A stretch of 38,122 nucleotides of DNA from positions 3,624-41,745 of the forward strand of contig PARV01000049.1 of NCBI GenBank assembly GCA_002712055.1, read 5' to 3'. The stretch comes from Gammaproteobacteria bacterium (lineage in GTDB: Bacteria; Pseudomonadota; Gammaproteobacteria; Pseudomonadales; Pseudohongiellaceae). The notes below the pieces were generated by a model. It was not told the origin of the DNA. It was given only the letters and a program-made list of their open reading frames with translations, and searched no databases. Position numbers and translations under genes: made by a program. Positions 28,631 through 38,122 of the stretch are shown here, piece by piece. Positions within the stretch are counted from its first letter, which is position 1. Every line of letters begins with the position of its first letter.

Positions 28631-28963
28631 ATGAAAGAAGGCAAAAAAAGTGGTGTAGAGAGAACTCAAATTGCCACTCGTAATGAGGAATGGTCTGACG
28701 GGCGCTTGGAATCTTTCCTTTCTCTTAAGCCGTCCGCAGACATTCCGGCCGATTACAATATTCTACTGAAAGCCTACCGAGGCATGACCGCCGCACTTTT
28801 TGCCCGCTTCATCCTGCTCTATGTAGAAAAGGGCAAGGACATCAATGTTAAGCTGGAAGACAACAGTACTTTTCTAGATCTTGTCTCAGAGCATCGCAAG
28901 TCGACTGCCTATGTGACGGTGCTAGAAGAAGCTGGTGCTGTACGAAGTAAACACCCTGGTTAG
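28631..28963 (+). CDS. Small conserved hypothetical protein (about 110 aa)
   Basis: The ORF is open from TTG 28571, but ATG 28631 (MKEGKKSG...) is preceded by AGGAAAAGG. The amino-acid composition looks like real coding sequence (EEWSDGRLESFL..ADYNILLKAYRGMT..FARFI). From memory it resembles a family of small proteins of unknown function in Pseudomonas and Marinobacter relatives, but I cannot verify this. Confidence 0.5.
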   Translation: MKEGKKSGVERTQIATRNEEWSDGRLESFLSLKPSADIPADYNILLKAYRGMTAALFARFILLYVEKGKDINVKLEDNSTFLDLVSEHRKSTAYVTVLEEAGAVRSKHPG

Positions 28964-29032
28964 GGCATTAGCTGGAGACGTGTAACGCAGGGTAGAGCCT
29001 TATACAAGACAGTGCGTCTCAAACAGTTATGA

Positions 29033-30304
29033 TTAGTCGCGGTACCGCCTGGATTTGCCCCTAGACTTGGGGGTACCTCCACTTATTTTCGATCTGAAAC
29101 GAGATGCACGCACAATACCTGGCGTTTGTTTCAACAGGCTATCTTCTGGATGAATGCAATTTAACTTGTTCCCGAGAATTTCTTCAATAGCTGGCACAAG
29201 AAAAGAATCTTCTTCGCACGCAAAACTAATGGAAGTACCTACTGCACCAGCACGACCAGTGCGTCCTATTCGGTGCACATAATCTTCGGCTTCTTCCGGT
29301 AACGTGTAATTTATTACATGAGTCACATCATTGATATGTAAGCCACGACCGGCGACATCTGTCGCCACAAGAACAGGCAATTTACCGGATTTGAATGCCT
29401 CCAATGTCCGTACCCGTTTTGCTTGCGAAATTTCTCCGGAAAGCATGCCACAATTAATACCGTTACGGTATAAGTCGTCAGCCAGTTTTCTTACCTGGTC
29501 ACGACGATTGCTGAACACCAGCACCTTATCAGCCCCTGGTTCGCTAATAATATTAAAGAGCAAGTTATATTTGTCTACCGTGGTAACTAAGTAAACGATC
29601 TGATCAACTGCCTCGGCGGCGACTTTCTCCGGCTCTACCTCCACCATAATGGGATCTACAGCCCAGCGATTTGCCAACTCGATTATGTCCGGATTAAAGG
29701 TCGCACTAAACAGTAATGTCTGTCGACAATCCTTCTTTGGAGTGCGAGATACTAGCTGCCGTACCTGCGGTATAAATCCCATATCTAACATACGGTCAGC
29801 TTCATCCAGCACCAATAGTTCTACTAGACCCAAATAAATTTTTTCGCGCTGCATGAAGTCCAGAAGCCTGCCTGGCGTAGCAACTACAATGTCTACCGGC
29901 TTCGCCTCAAGATTCCTATCTTGCTTGGCATACTCTTCCCCACCTACCAAGGTCACTGTATAAATATCGCAGTACTTACTTAAATCTTGTGAATCATTGG
30001 CAATCTGAATGGCGAGTTCCCGCGTGGGCGCTACTATCAGTGCACGAGGCTCAGCTAGATAACGTTGGTCTTCGACTGGGTTGGTCAAAAGGTCATTTAT
30101 AATAGTAATCAAGAAAGCCGCTGTCTTGCCGGTTCCAGTTTGCGCGCGCCCAGTTACATCATGACCCGCAAGTGTATGTACTAGACTCTGGGCTTGGATG
30201 GGAGTGCAATATTCAAACCCAAGCTTTTTAATAGCATCCTGTAATGGCTTCTGCAGATCAAAACTGTCAAAAGATGCCGCCGCTGTATCGATCTCTTTGT
30301 CCAT
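29033..30304 (-). CDS. rhlB: DEAD-box ATP-dependent RNA helicase, RhlB-like
   Basis: Q-motif (GFEYCTPIQ), AQTGTGKT, PTRELA, DEAD (VLDEADRM), SAT, and HRIGRTGRAG. The Arg/Lys-rich C-terminal tail and overall alignment fit E. coli RhlB. ATG 30304 (MDKEIDT...SFDSF) matches the RhlB N-terminus better than TTG 30358. Confidence 0.8.
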   Translation of the reverse strand: MDKEIDTAAASFDSFDLQKPLQDAIKKLGFEYCTPIQAQSLVHTLAGHDVTGRAQTGTGKTAAFLITIINDLLTNPVEDQRYLAEPRALIVAPTRELAIQIANDSQDLSKYCDIYTVTLVGGEEYAKQDRNLEAKPVDIVVATPGRLLDFMQREKIYLGLVELLVLDEADRMLDMGFIPQVRQLVSRTPKKDCRQTLLFSATFNPDIIELANRWAVDPIMVEVEPEKVAAEAVDQIVYLVTTVDKYNLLFNIISEPGADKVLVFSNRRDQVRKLADDLYRNGINCGMLSGEISQAKRVRTLEAFKSGKLPVLVATDVAGRGLHINDVTHVINYTLPEEAEDYVHRIGRTGRAGAVGTSISFACEEDSFLVPAIEEILGNKLNCIHPEDSLLKQTPGIVRASRFRSKISGGTPKSRGKSRRYRD

Positions 30305-30373
30305 TAAGTCTGTACTAATAATCAATTCTCCAACCTGTGCGGGAGCGCCGCATGGCAACGATATGACGAAGGT

Positions 30374-31132
30374 CTAACTACTTTCACCGACACCACTACA
30401 AGCAGGGCAGTTCGGGTCGCAGGGGAGTTTCATCTCGCGCCATTGCATAGTGGTCGCATCTAACAGCAATAACCGGCCAGTAAGGTTATTACCTATGCCG
30501 GTGATAACCTTGATTGTCTCCATTGCTTGTACTGAACCTATAATGCCTACCAACGGTGCCATCACTCCATTTTGTGAACAGTTGGCATCGTCTTCAGTAT
30601 TTTCATTATACAAACACCGATAGCAAGGACTCTCAGGATTTCCCGAATCAAAAACTGCCACCTGCCCTTCCATTCTAATAGCGGCACCCGATACTAATGG
30701 CTTGTGGTTTTTCAGGCAACTCCGGTTTATAGCAAATCGAGTGGCGAAATTATCACTGGCATCCACGACTACATCGGCTCCAGAGACTGCCTGGTTTAGG
30801 CTCTCTCCCTCCAACCGCTTATCGATTTGAGTTACACAAACATCGGGATTAAGCCCTCTTAACGAGGCTTGGGCAGAACTTACCTTCGACTCGCCCAAAT
30901 TACGATGCTCGTGGGCTATCTGCCGTTGAAGATTAGTCAACTCAACGGTGTCATCATCTGCAATGATCAAGTGTCCAACACCCGCCGCAGCTAAATACAT
31001 TGCAGCCGGACAACCAAGTCCTCCCATACCTACAATCAGTACGGTAGCGTCAACCAGTTTCTGCTGCCCTGCCACATCCATCTCTGGCAACATAATCTGG
31101 CGACTGAAGCGAAGTAACTGTTCATCTTTCAT
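30374..31132 (-). CDS. moeB: HesA/MoeB/ThiF-family adenylyltransferase, probably molybdopterin-synthase adenylyltransferase
   Basis: Motifs RFSRQIMLPEMDVAGQQKL and VGMGGLGCPAAMYLAAAGVG, plus two CxxC pairs (CYRC, CPAC). Its position after prmC matches Pseudomonas. ThiF cannot be excluded from sequence alone. Confidence 0.75.
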   Translation of the reverse strand: MKDEQLLRFSRQIMLPEMDVAGQQKLVDATVLIVGMGGLGCPAAMYLAAAGVGHLIIADDDTVELTNLQRQIAHEHRNLGESKVSSAQASLRGLNPDVCVTQIDKRLEGESLNQAVSGADVVVDASDNFATRFAINRSCLKNHKPLVSGAAIRMEGQVAVFDSGNPESPCYRCLYNENTEDDANCSQNGVMAPLVGIIGSVQAMETIKVITGIGNNLTGRLLLLDATTMQWREMKLPCDPNCPACSGVGESS

Positions 31133-31135
31133 TTT

Positions 31136-32002
31136 TTACTCAATGTACTGCTGTGTTGCTGACCAATGAGCGCATATCAATCGATCAATGCCTGAATAAT
31201 CTTTATAGCCTGATACAGAATCGTACCCTTCCCTGAGCAATAAGGCCTTTAATCGAGCTTGTTGATCGAATCCATGTTCCAATAAGAGCCAGGAATCTTT
31301 TTTTAATACTTTTTTACTTTGTAAAATTATCTGCTGTAGTGATCCCAATCCGGTATTGTCTGCGATCAGGGCTATAGCTGGTTCAAAAAGTAGGACGCTT
31401 TTCTCCAAACAATTATCTCCTGGTTTAACATAAGGCGGATTGGCTACAACCATATCGTATTTATTTAAAGCCAAACCATCACACCATGAAGCCAGTCTGA
31501 ACTCAATATTATTTGTCCGTTGCTTCAGTGCATTTGTTCGCGCCAATTGCAAGGCTCCTTGGCTTATATCGACAGCAGTAATTTGCCAGCCAGGATTGCT
31601 TAGCGCCAAAGCGATAGCAATCGCACCAGTGCCTGTACCCAGATCAGCAATATTTGCTCCTCTGCCATCAAAGTGCCGGCCCAGCTCCAAAGCTTTCTCA
31701 ACTAACAACTCGGTCTCGGGTCTAGGAATAAGGGCGCGCTTGTCGACGCGAAGCTTGAAATTCCAGAAGTTTTTGTGGCCGATAATGTAGGCAACAGGCT
31801 CACCAGCCATACGTCTCTCAAGATATTTCTCATAAGACTCGAGATGCTCCTCTCCGACCAGCTCATTTGGCCGACTGTAGAGATATTCTCTGGTTGTCCC
31901 CAGCTCGTGTGATAAAAATAGCTCGGCGTCCAGTTTCCAGCTCTCGCTTACCTCTTGCAGACATTCGCCTCTAGCCAAGGTTTGTTTAATGGAAATCGGC
32001 AT
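31136..32002 (-). CDS. prmC: Peptide chain release factor N5-glutamine methyltransferase
   Basis: SAM-binding motif DLGTGTGAIAIAL and the catalytic NPPY motif (VANPPYV). It lies directly downstream of prfA. Confidence 0.9.
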   Translation of the reverse strand: MPISIKQTLARGECLQEVSESWKLDAELFLSHELGTTREYLYSRPNELVGEEHLESYEKYLERRMAGEPVAYIIGHKNFWNFKLRVDKRALIPRPETELLVEKALELGRHFDGRGANIADLGTGTGAIAIALALSNPGWQITAVDISQGALQLARTNALKQRTNNIEFRLASWCDGLALNKYDMVVANPPYVKPGDNCLEKSVLLFEPAIALIADNTGLGSLQQIILQSKKVLKKDSWLLLEHGFDQQARLKALLLREGYDSVSGYKDYSGIDRLICAHWSATQQYIE

Positions 32003-32037
32003 GATGAAGAGCCTCTTCAGATTAGTCGTGAGATCCC

Positions 32038-33126
32038 CTAATCCTCAGCAGCAAGCCCCGCCAGTTGATCTGCCTGATATTCGTTAATAAGCGGCTGGAT
32101 AATCAACTCCAGTCCTCCGGCCATGATTTCCGGGAGGTTGTACAAGGTGAGCTTTATTCGGTGATCCGTCACTCGCCCCTGAGGATAATTATAAGTTCTT
32201 ATTTTCTCCGAACGATCACCACTCCCAACTAGTTTACGTCGCGTATCCGATTCCTCTTGCTGCTGGGTCATTTGTGCCTGGTCCAGCAGCTTAGCCTGTA
32301 ACAAGGACATAGCGCGCGCCTTATTTTTGTGCTGGGAACGTTCGTCCTGGCATTCCACTACAATGCCTGTCGGAATGTGCGTAATCCGGATTGCAGAGTC
32401 GGTCTTATTAACGTGCTGTCCCCCCGCCCCGCTGGCACGAAAGGTATCAATACGCAAATCATTCTTATTAATATCGACATCATCAACTTCTTCTAATTCA
32501 GGCATGATAGCGATAGTGCATGCCGAGGTGTGAATCCTCCCCTGGGTTTCAGTTTCCGGTACTCGCTGCACACGATGGGCGCCTGATTCGAACTTGAGCT
32601 TCTCATACACATTCTTGCCTTCGATGCGCGCTATCACCTCTTTGTGACCACCGTGTTCGCCCGGGCGGTCAGTAATAATTTCGAACTTCCAATTCTGTAA
32701 TTCAGAATAACGAGCATACATCCGAAACAAATCGCCCGAAAAAATTGCTGCTTCATCTCCTCCGGTTCCAGCACGAATCTCCAGGAACACGTTACAGCTA
32801 TCCTTGGAATTTTTGGGAAGTAGTAGCTTCTGTAAACTCCTTTCTAATTCTCCAAGTTCTTTTTTGCTTCTCTCTATTTCTTCTTCGGCCATCTCTCGGA
32901 TTTCCAGATCGGAATCCTGTTCCAGCTCTCTCACCTGATCAAGGTTTCCGGAAACATCACGAAAAAGATTGTAATTTTTAACTACCTCTTCTAATTCCGC
33001 GTATTCCTTCGATAAACTCCGAAACCGATTTTGATCTGCTATGATTTCGGCATCACTGAGCAATGCTTCTAGTTCATCGAACCGATCTTTTAGATTATCC
33101 AGTTTTAAGCGTATGGTATCTTTCAT
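32038..33126 (-). CDS. prfA: Peptide chain release factor 1
   Basis: GGQ motif ([19 protein letters not shown]) and a PxT recognition tripeptide ([14 protein letters not shown]). 362 aa. Confidence 0.96.
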   Translation of the reverse strand: MKDTIRLKLDNLKDRFDELEALLSDAEIIADQNRFRSLSKEYAELEEVVKNYNLFRDVSGNLDQVRELEQDSDLEIREMAEEEIERSKKELGELERSLQKLLLPKNSKDSCNVFLEIRAGTGGDEAAIFSGDLFRMYARYSELQNWKFEIITDRPGEHGGHKEVIARIEGKNVYEKLKFESGAHRVQRVPETETQGRIHTSACTIAIMPELEEVDDVDINKNDLRIDTFRASGAGGQHVNKTDSAIRITHIPTGIVVECQDERSQHKNKARAMSLLQAKLLDQAQMTQQQEESDTRRKLVGSGDRSEKIRTYNYPQGRVTDHRIKLTLYNLPEIMAGGLELIIQPLINEYQADQLAGLAAED

Positions 33127-33143
33127 CTCTAATTCGGAACTAC

Positions 33144-34463
33144 TTAAAATTCATCCTCATTATCCAGGTTAAATAGTTCCTGGGTGAGTCTGAGCAACTC
33201 ATTACGACCTTCAGCGCTGGCTTTTTTCATTTGTACCGAAGGTGAATGAGTCAGTTTGTTAGTAATCGCTCGGGCTAAGCTTTCCAAAACTTTTTCTGCC
33301 GAGTCTCCCTTCTCCAAGGACCTTATCGCGCGTTGTACCTCTGCTTCGCGAATACCATCAGCTTTGTCGCGAAATGCCCGCAGCGTAGCGACTGCATCCA
33401 ATGAGCGAACTCGTTTTAGATATTCGCCAACCCCTTGCTCGATAATTGATTCGGCCTGAACTGCGGCTTCCTCCCGACTCTTCTGATTGTCTTCAATTAC
33501 ATCGCTGATATCATCAATGCTGTATAAATAAGCATCTGCAACTTCACCCACTTCTGCTTCAATGTCCCTCGGAACAGCAAGATCGATGAGCAGCATCGGT
33601 TTGTGTTTACGCTGCTTTAGGGCACGCTCGACCGCGCCCTTACCAAGCAACGGCAATTGGCTGTTTGTGGAGGAAACTATGATATCGGCAGCAACCAACT
33701 TTTGCGGTATTTCCGAGAGCAACGCAGAATGTGCGTCGAACTTACTAGCAATTTCCAAAGCATTATCCAACGTGCGGTTTGCCACCACAATTTGGTGGAC
33801 CCCTTTTTCCACTAGGTGACGGGCAACCAGTTCTATGGTGCGGCCGGCTCCGATTAGCAGAATACGTAGGCTGCTTAGATTGGAAAAGATACGTTCGGCT
33901 AACGTTACCGCGGCATAAGCAACCGATACCGGGTTCTCTCCGATCGCAGTGTCTGTCCTTACTCTCTTAGCTACTGAAAACGTTCCTTGAAAAGCGCGTT
34001 CAAGATTCTCGCCAACTACATTCAAATCTCTAGACACTGCTAGGGCAGATTTTATTTGACCGAGGATCTGAGGCTCTCCCAGAACCATTGAGTCAAGGCC
34101 ACACGATACCTTCATTAGGTGTCTTACAACATCTTCCTTGCAAAAAAAGTAACTGCATTTGAGAATATCCTCAGGTTCCAGTTTATGGAACTCCGCTAAC
34201 CAATTAATGATATTTCTTTGCTTATCCATCAGCAGATTATTCTCCGCCTTCTCGGAATCTGAGTTTTCGAGATTGTGAGAGAGCCGATAATCCAAGTACA
34301 GTTCCGTGCGATTGCAAGTAGAGACAATAACAACTTCTTCGATAGCTTCCAGGTTATGCACCTGATACAGCGCCTCCCCGATAATCTCGGGAGGAAAGGC
34401 AACTTTCTCGCGCAATGCGATGTTTGCGGTCGAGTGGTTAATTCCCACCAATAGAAGTGCCAT
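33144..34463 (-). CDS. hemA: Glutamyl-tRNA reductase
   Basis: [20 protein letters not shown], catalytic [19 protein letters not shown], and NADPH-binding [16 protein letters not shown]. Confidence 0.95.
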   Translation of the reverse strand: MALLLVGINHSTANIALREKVAFPPEIIGEALYQVHNLEAIEEVVIVSTCNRTELYLDYRLSHNLENSDSEKAENNLLMDKQRNIINWLAEFHKLEPEDILKCSYFFCKEDVVRHLMKVSCGLDSMVLGEPQILGQIKSALAVSRDLNVVGENLERAFQGTFSVAKRVRTDTAIGENPVSVAYAAVTLAERIFSNLSSLRILLIGAGRTIELVARHLVEKGVHQIVVANRTLDNALEIASKFDAHSALLSEIPQKLVAADIIVSSTNSQLPLLGKGAVERALKQRKHKPMLLIDLAVPRDIEAEVGEVADAYLYSIDDISDVIEDNQKSREEAAVQAESIIEQGVGEYLKRVRSLDAVATLRAFRDKADGIREAEVQRAIRSLEKGDSAEKVLESLARAITNKLTHSPSVQMKKASAEGRNELLRLTQELFNLDNEDEF

Positions 34464-34707
34464 GAATATTCCGTAGGACAGACAAATAAAAAGCTCGATA
34501 TATTACTAAATATCGGCAGCGGTTCCCATTAAGTGCTGATTTTACAGAGAGTTTTCTGCATTTGGCATGGTTAGTTATTAATACTCCAAGGGATTTTTTG
34601 CAGGTTTTTTATACCTTAAAAGCCATTTGGTAGCCCTGTGATGCTTATTCAACAAGCTGTTACAATATGGGTCTCTCAAAAGAATTTGAGTCTTTTTGGG
34701 CATTAGA

Positions 34708-36444
34708 ATGACCAAATACATTGTAAATATAATTATTAGCGGACTACTGACTGCCTGCACCGGCATCAGGGTTCTTCCGCCACCTCCACCTTTAGACAAG
34801 GTCTCCACAGTGCCGGAACCGACAGTAGCTGTTGAACCAGAGGAAATAGAATATGGTGCTTTTACGGAGGACCAACTCTACCAGGCAATCATAAGCGAAC
34901 TCGGCGCGCAACGCGGACAACTGGAAGATGCGGGTGAAAATTACTTTGATCTAGCTATACAGACGCGGGACCTAAGTATAATTCGCCGCGCAGTGCAGTT
35001 TGCTTCTGTACTCAGCGATACAAATGCGCTAATGCAACTCGGTTTATTATGGTCAGAAATCGAGCCAGACAATGCGCAACCTCATCTGTTGCTTAGTTTT
35101 CAATTTCTTGAAAATGGTAATTTCGATCAAGCTTTGTCGCACATGGCGAGAGTCATTGATCTGGGCGGCGAGATGGATTTTTCAGCTCTGGCGGCGCGCA
35201 CCGATCAACTCAGCCCTCATTCACGCTCGATACTAATTGAAAATCTCCGACAATTAACCCGCGAGTTTTCTGATCAGGAATCCATCAGGTTGGCCCTAGT
35301 TCAACTGTTGGCTCAAAATCGTGAGTTTGAAAATGCTCTACTGGAACTCAACCTGCTCACTGAATTAAGCGACTTAAGCCCTACGATCGTGCAATTACAG
35401 GCACAAGTGCTGCAGAGCATGAATGACAACAACGAGGCATTGAATGTTCTCCGGAAAGGCGTAAGGGAGTTCGAAAATGATAAGCCTCTGCGCCATGCCT
35501 ATGCCCGCCTGTTGATTCAAACCGAAGAATACGAAGAAGCGAAAGAACAATTTCAGTTCATCATGGAGCAAGATACACAGGACTGGGAGACTCTGTATTC
35601 TGTCGCTCTGCTAGATCTGGAGATGCAGAACTTCGATAATGCTGCTCAGGCTTTTGTTCGTCTGATAGGAGTCGACCATCGGTCAGATGACAGTCAATAT
35701 TACCTCGGCTACATCTATGAAAAACAGGAAGATTACGAACGCGCCATCGAAAATTACCGCCTGGTTCGTATCGGAACCAACAACTTTTTGGCAGCACAGC
35801 AACAGGCTACTCGGTTCTCTATTCAACTAGGTAAAATCGATGAGGCTCATCAATGGCTAATGACTCTGTCTGGTGGACAACCTCGTCTAGAAATCTTTTT
35901 TAACACGATTGAATCCAATCTACTGATCCAGAATGGATACGCCGGCGAGGCGAAAGAATTGCTAGATATAGCACTGAACAAGTATCCGAATGAGTCCGAG
36001 CTCTTGTTTGCTCGTGTACTGTACCACGACTCCCAAAAAGACATGGCTGGGTCCGAAGCTGACCTTCGCCAGATTATTCGCATGAAGCCTGAAGAATCAC
36101 AGGCTCTAAATCACCTCGGATACATGTTGGCAGACCAAACCACACGTTACAAAGAAGCGCTGGGGTTGATTGAGCGAGCAATTAGTATTTCCCCAGATGA
36201 TCCCGCTATCATCGACAGTCTTGCCTGGGCACAGTATAAGTTGGGCCGATACGAGGAAGCACTTGTAAACCTACGCCGCGCCTTCGCTGCTTTTCCCGAT
36301 CATGAAGTCGCCTCACACCTTGGTGAAGTCTTGTGGATGCTCGATCGAAAAGAAGAAGCAATCCAGGTCTGGGAAGAAGCGCTCGAAGCAACACCTGACA
36401 GCGAGTTAATCAAGGAAGCGATGGAGCGACTTCAACGGCCCTGA
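34708..36444 (+). CDS. TPR-repeat lipoprotein (counterpart of the TPR gene upstream of lolB in Pseudomonas)
   Basis: Lipobox in MTKYIVNIIISGLLTAC, followed by a Pro-rich linker and many TPR-like units (for example YEEAKEQFQFIMEQD, YERAIENYRLV, YEEALVNLRRAFAAFPD). The ORF is open from TTG 34696, but ATG 34708 is preferred. Confidence 0.7.
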   Translation: MTKYIVNIIISGLLTACTGIRVLPPPPPLDKVSTVPEPTVAVEPEEIEYGAFTEDQLYQAIISELGAQRGQLEDAGENYFDLAIQTRDLSIIRRAVQFASVLSDTNALMQLGLLWSEIEPDNAQPHLLLSFQFLENGNFDQALSHMARVIDLGGEMDFSALAARTDQLSPHSRSILIENLRQLTREFSDQESIRLALVQLLAQNREFENALLELNLLTELSDLSPTIVQLQAQVLQSMNDNNEALNVLRKGVREFENDKPLRHAYARLLIQTEEYEEAKEQFQFIMEQDTQDWETLYSVALLDLEMQNFDNAAQAFVRLIGVDHRSDDSQYYLGYIYEKQEDYERAIENYRLVRIGTNNFLAAQQQATRFSIQLGKIDEAHQWLMTLSGGQPRLEIFFNTIESNLLIQNGYAGEAKELLDIALNKYPNESELLFARVLYHDSQKDMAGSEADLRQIIRMKPEESQALNHLGYMLADQTTRYKEALGLIERAISISPDDPAIIDSLAWAQYKLGRYEEALVNLRRAFAAFPDHEVASHLGEVLWMLDRKEEAIQVWEEALEATPDSELIKEAMERLQRP

Positions 36445-36496
36445 TGAGTCTATTAGCCTTTCTGCATAATGGAATAACCTAGCGGAGCCTCTCCGA

Positions 36497-37144
36497 ATGA
36501 GTTCATTCTTGCTTTATTTGGTAACATCTCTGTGCGAAAAGAACCATGCGTTTTTTGCAAGCCTAATCATGGTCGGGCTCATGAGTGGTTGCACCAATCT
36601 AGCGCCTCCTGCTGTTGACAATAATAACTGGATAGATCAACGCAGCCAGTTACAGGACCTTGAATCCTGGCAACTACGCGGTAGAGTCAACGTCCGCTAT
36701 GACAACGAATCGCACACACCTCGCATTCAATGGCAACATGAAGATCGGGATTATAGGATACGCTTGTGGGGCACTTTCAATGTTAGCAATACCACACTTG
36801 TAGGTCGCCCCGGCTTTGTTACCTTTGAGCAGGATGGGCGAGTACTGACAGCTGCCAGTCCAGAGGAGCTTATCCTGCAACAGCTGGGTTATGAATTACC
36901 AGTGTCTTACCTGGAGTTCTGGATCAAGGGAATCCCGGCACCGTATTCCTTAGCTAACCTCGAGTTTAACGAATTGAATCAGCTAGTCTCTATTAACCAA
37001 GACGGCTGGACAGTCACTTATACCGATCCTCGCCAGTACGGACTGGTTACTCTGCCTCGCCGAGTAGAAGTCACTCGCCCCCGCAATGATATTCGGTTAC
37101 GCTTCATTGGGCTGAACTGGTCTCTGGATCAATCCTTCAACTAA
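36497..37144 (+). CDS. lolB: Outer-membrane lipoprotein LolB
   Basis: Lipobox LMSGC, about 200 aa, with the motif W.L.GR........H..RI.W.. (WQLRGRVNVRYDNESHTPRIQW). It lies immediately upstream of ispE and overlaps it (TAATG). The exact start is uncertain. Confidence 0.8.
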   Translation: MSSFLLYLVTSLCEKNHAFFASLIMVGLMSGCTNLAPPAVDNNNWIDQRSQLQDLESWQLRGRVNVRYDNESHTPRIQWQHEDRDYRIRLWGTFNVSNTTLVGRPGFVTFEQDGRVLTAASPEELILQQLGYELPVSYLEFWIKGIPAPYSLANLEFNELNQLVSINQDGWTVTYTDPRQYGLVTLPRRVEVTRPRNDIRLRFIGLNWSLDQSFN

Positions 37145-37998
37145 TGTCTGTTTCCAGACTTACCTTTAGGGCAAATGCCAAACTAAATCTATTTCTCCAT
37201 ATCACTGGCCGCCGACCAGACGGCTACCATAAGATACAGACTCTATTCCAATTACTGGACTATGGAGATACGCTAGAGGTCGAATCAGCTGAACCCGGCT
37301 CTCTCTCATTGCATCTATCAGATGGCCCATTATCCGGCAAGGTGCCAATGGACTCTAACCTTGTAATGAAGGCAGCTCATGCTCTCCTTAAGTTTACTGG
37401 AAGAAACAATCTAGGTGCCCGTATAAGTCTTAAAAAACGCATCCCTCTGGGTTCCGGGATGGGCGGAGGTAGTAGCGACGCTGCTGCTACTCTATTGGCT
37501 CTTAATACGCTGTGGCGACTGGAATTGCCCCCTGAGCGGTTGCTTGAAATAGGTATGAAACTGGGTGCCGATGTGCCGATTTTTTTAGGTGGTAGAACCG
37601 CCTGGGCAGAAGGTATTGGTGATCAACTGCAGCCCGTTGAACTAGAGCCAGCCTGGTACCTCGTTGCCACACCTCCTTGCGAGGTTTCTTCAGCTGAGAT
37701 TTTTTCTCATGAACAATTGACACGGAACTCGCCAGCCATCAAAATTGCCGACTTTCTGGCCGGCAGGGCTAAGAATGACTGCGAACCCATTACCAAAAAG
37801 CTTTATCCGGAGGTGGATGAGACTCTCAAAATATTGAGCCGGTTCGGAGAAGCAAAGATGACTGGTACGGGCTCTAGCGTCTTTTTAACTTTCCCGAACG
37901 AGTTCTCTGCCAAAGACGTAAACACAAAATTACCAGCTAAATTACAAAGATTTGTAGCACAAGGCATTAGTAAGCAACCTAAAGGTTTTTTTAATTAG
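37144..37998 (+). CDS. ispE: 4-diphosphocytidyl-2-C-methyl-D-erythritol kinase
   Basis: N-terminal AKLNLFLHITGRRPDGYH and the GHMP kinase motif IPLGSGMGGGSSDAAATL. Confidence 0.92.
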   Translation: MSVSRLTFRANAKLNLFLHITGRRPDGYHKIQTLFQLLDYGDTLEVESAEPGSLSLHLSDGPLSGKVPMDSNLVMKAAHALLKFTGRNNLGARISLKKRIPLGSGMGGGSSDAAATLLALNTLWRLELPPERLLEIGMKLGADVPIFLGGRTAWAEGIGDQLQPVELEPAWYLVATPPCEVSSAEIFSHEQLTRNSPAIKIADFLAGRAKNDCEPITKKLYPEVDETLKILSRFGEAKMTGTGSSVFLTFPNEFSAKDVNTKLPAKLQRFVAQGISKQPKGFFN

Positions 37999-38059
37999 TA
38001 AATGGCGTTATAAGTAGGCGCTAGGAATCAAACATCTAGAATAAGTTTTTAGAGTTTAA

Positions 38060-38122
38060 TGGGGTGTCGCCAAGTGGTAAGGCACAAGGTTTTGATCCTT
38101 GCATTCGTTGGTTCGAATCCAG
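38060..38122 (+). tRNA. tRNA-Gln (anticodon UUG), 3' end cut by the window edge
   Basis: TGGGGTG TC GCCAAGTGGTAAGGC A CAAGG TTTTGAT CCTTG CATTC GTTGG TTCGAATCCAG aligns almost base for base with E. coli tRNA-Gln1. The anticodon loop UU-UUG-AU gives UUG. The last ~12 nt (T-stem 3' arm and acceptor 3' arm) lie outside the window. Confidence 0.88.

Noticed and set aside
28964-29032. Possible terminator between the convergent small ORF and rhlB (GAGACG ... CGTCTC).
   Set aside because: The stem is 6 bp with a loop of about 30 nt and no U-tract, so it is not a credible intrinsic terminator.
32551-32559. The RF1 recognition tripeptide reads PET rather than the E. coli PAT.
   Set aside because: The motif is P-x-T with a variable middle residue. 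I recall PET-type RF1 in pseudomonads, so there is no evidence of altered stop-codon reading.
34203-34292. HemA has an insertion of about 16 aa (…[22 protein letters not shown]…) relative to E. coli, between the catalytic TELY motif and the WL helix.
   Set aside because: It looks like a lineage-specific surface-loop expansion. All catalytic and NADPH motifs are intact.

Overview
This is a gene-dense chromosomal segment, about 93% coding by my tally, from a gammaproteobacterium. LolB is present, and the gene order matches what I recall of Pseudomonas-type core blocks: mreBCD-maf-rng-yhdP-nitrilase-family gene, gatCAB, hemA-prfA-prmC-moeB, and TPR-lolB-ispE-tRNA-Gln. I call 35 protein genes, one 3'-truncated tRNA-Gln(UUG) and two clear intrinsic terminators. 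I found no transposase, integrase, CRISPR array, phage gene or recognisable defence or toxin system.

The left 16 kb is more accessory. It holds a 5'-truncated TonB-dependent receptor, a flavoprotein::SelD fusion, secreted TPR, cyclase-family and PD40 proteins, a glutaminyl cyclase-YjbQ-aminopeptidase operon, a HIT protein, an aldolase/SDR-mtnA operon, and an orphan exbD with a TetR regulator.

Observations worth a second look:
1. All four Sec/signal-peptidase-I type signal peptides in the window are immediately followed by Gln, and a glutaminyl cyclase is encoded here. This resembles the 'Q-rule' known from Bacteroidetes, which I do not know to be described for Gammaproteobacteria.
2. The cyclase is apparently co-transcribed with a predicted Zn-aminopeptidase lipoprotein.
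3. A class II aldolase::SDR fusion lies 24 nt upstream of mtnA. This looks like a compact DHAP-shunt-type disposal route for SAM by-products.
4. The SelD fusion has no selenium-utilisation partner genes nearby.
5. Two membrane proteins (MreC and a DUF445 protein) have conserved N-terminal TM segments that lie upstream of any ATG/GTG/TTG. Both are best explained by initiation at ATC.

Nothing here is demonstrably a new multi-gene 'system'. The calls above rest on reading the sequence by eye and on recalled family knowledge, and they need computation to confirm.
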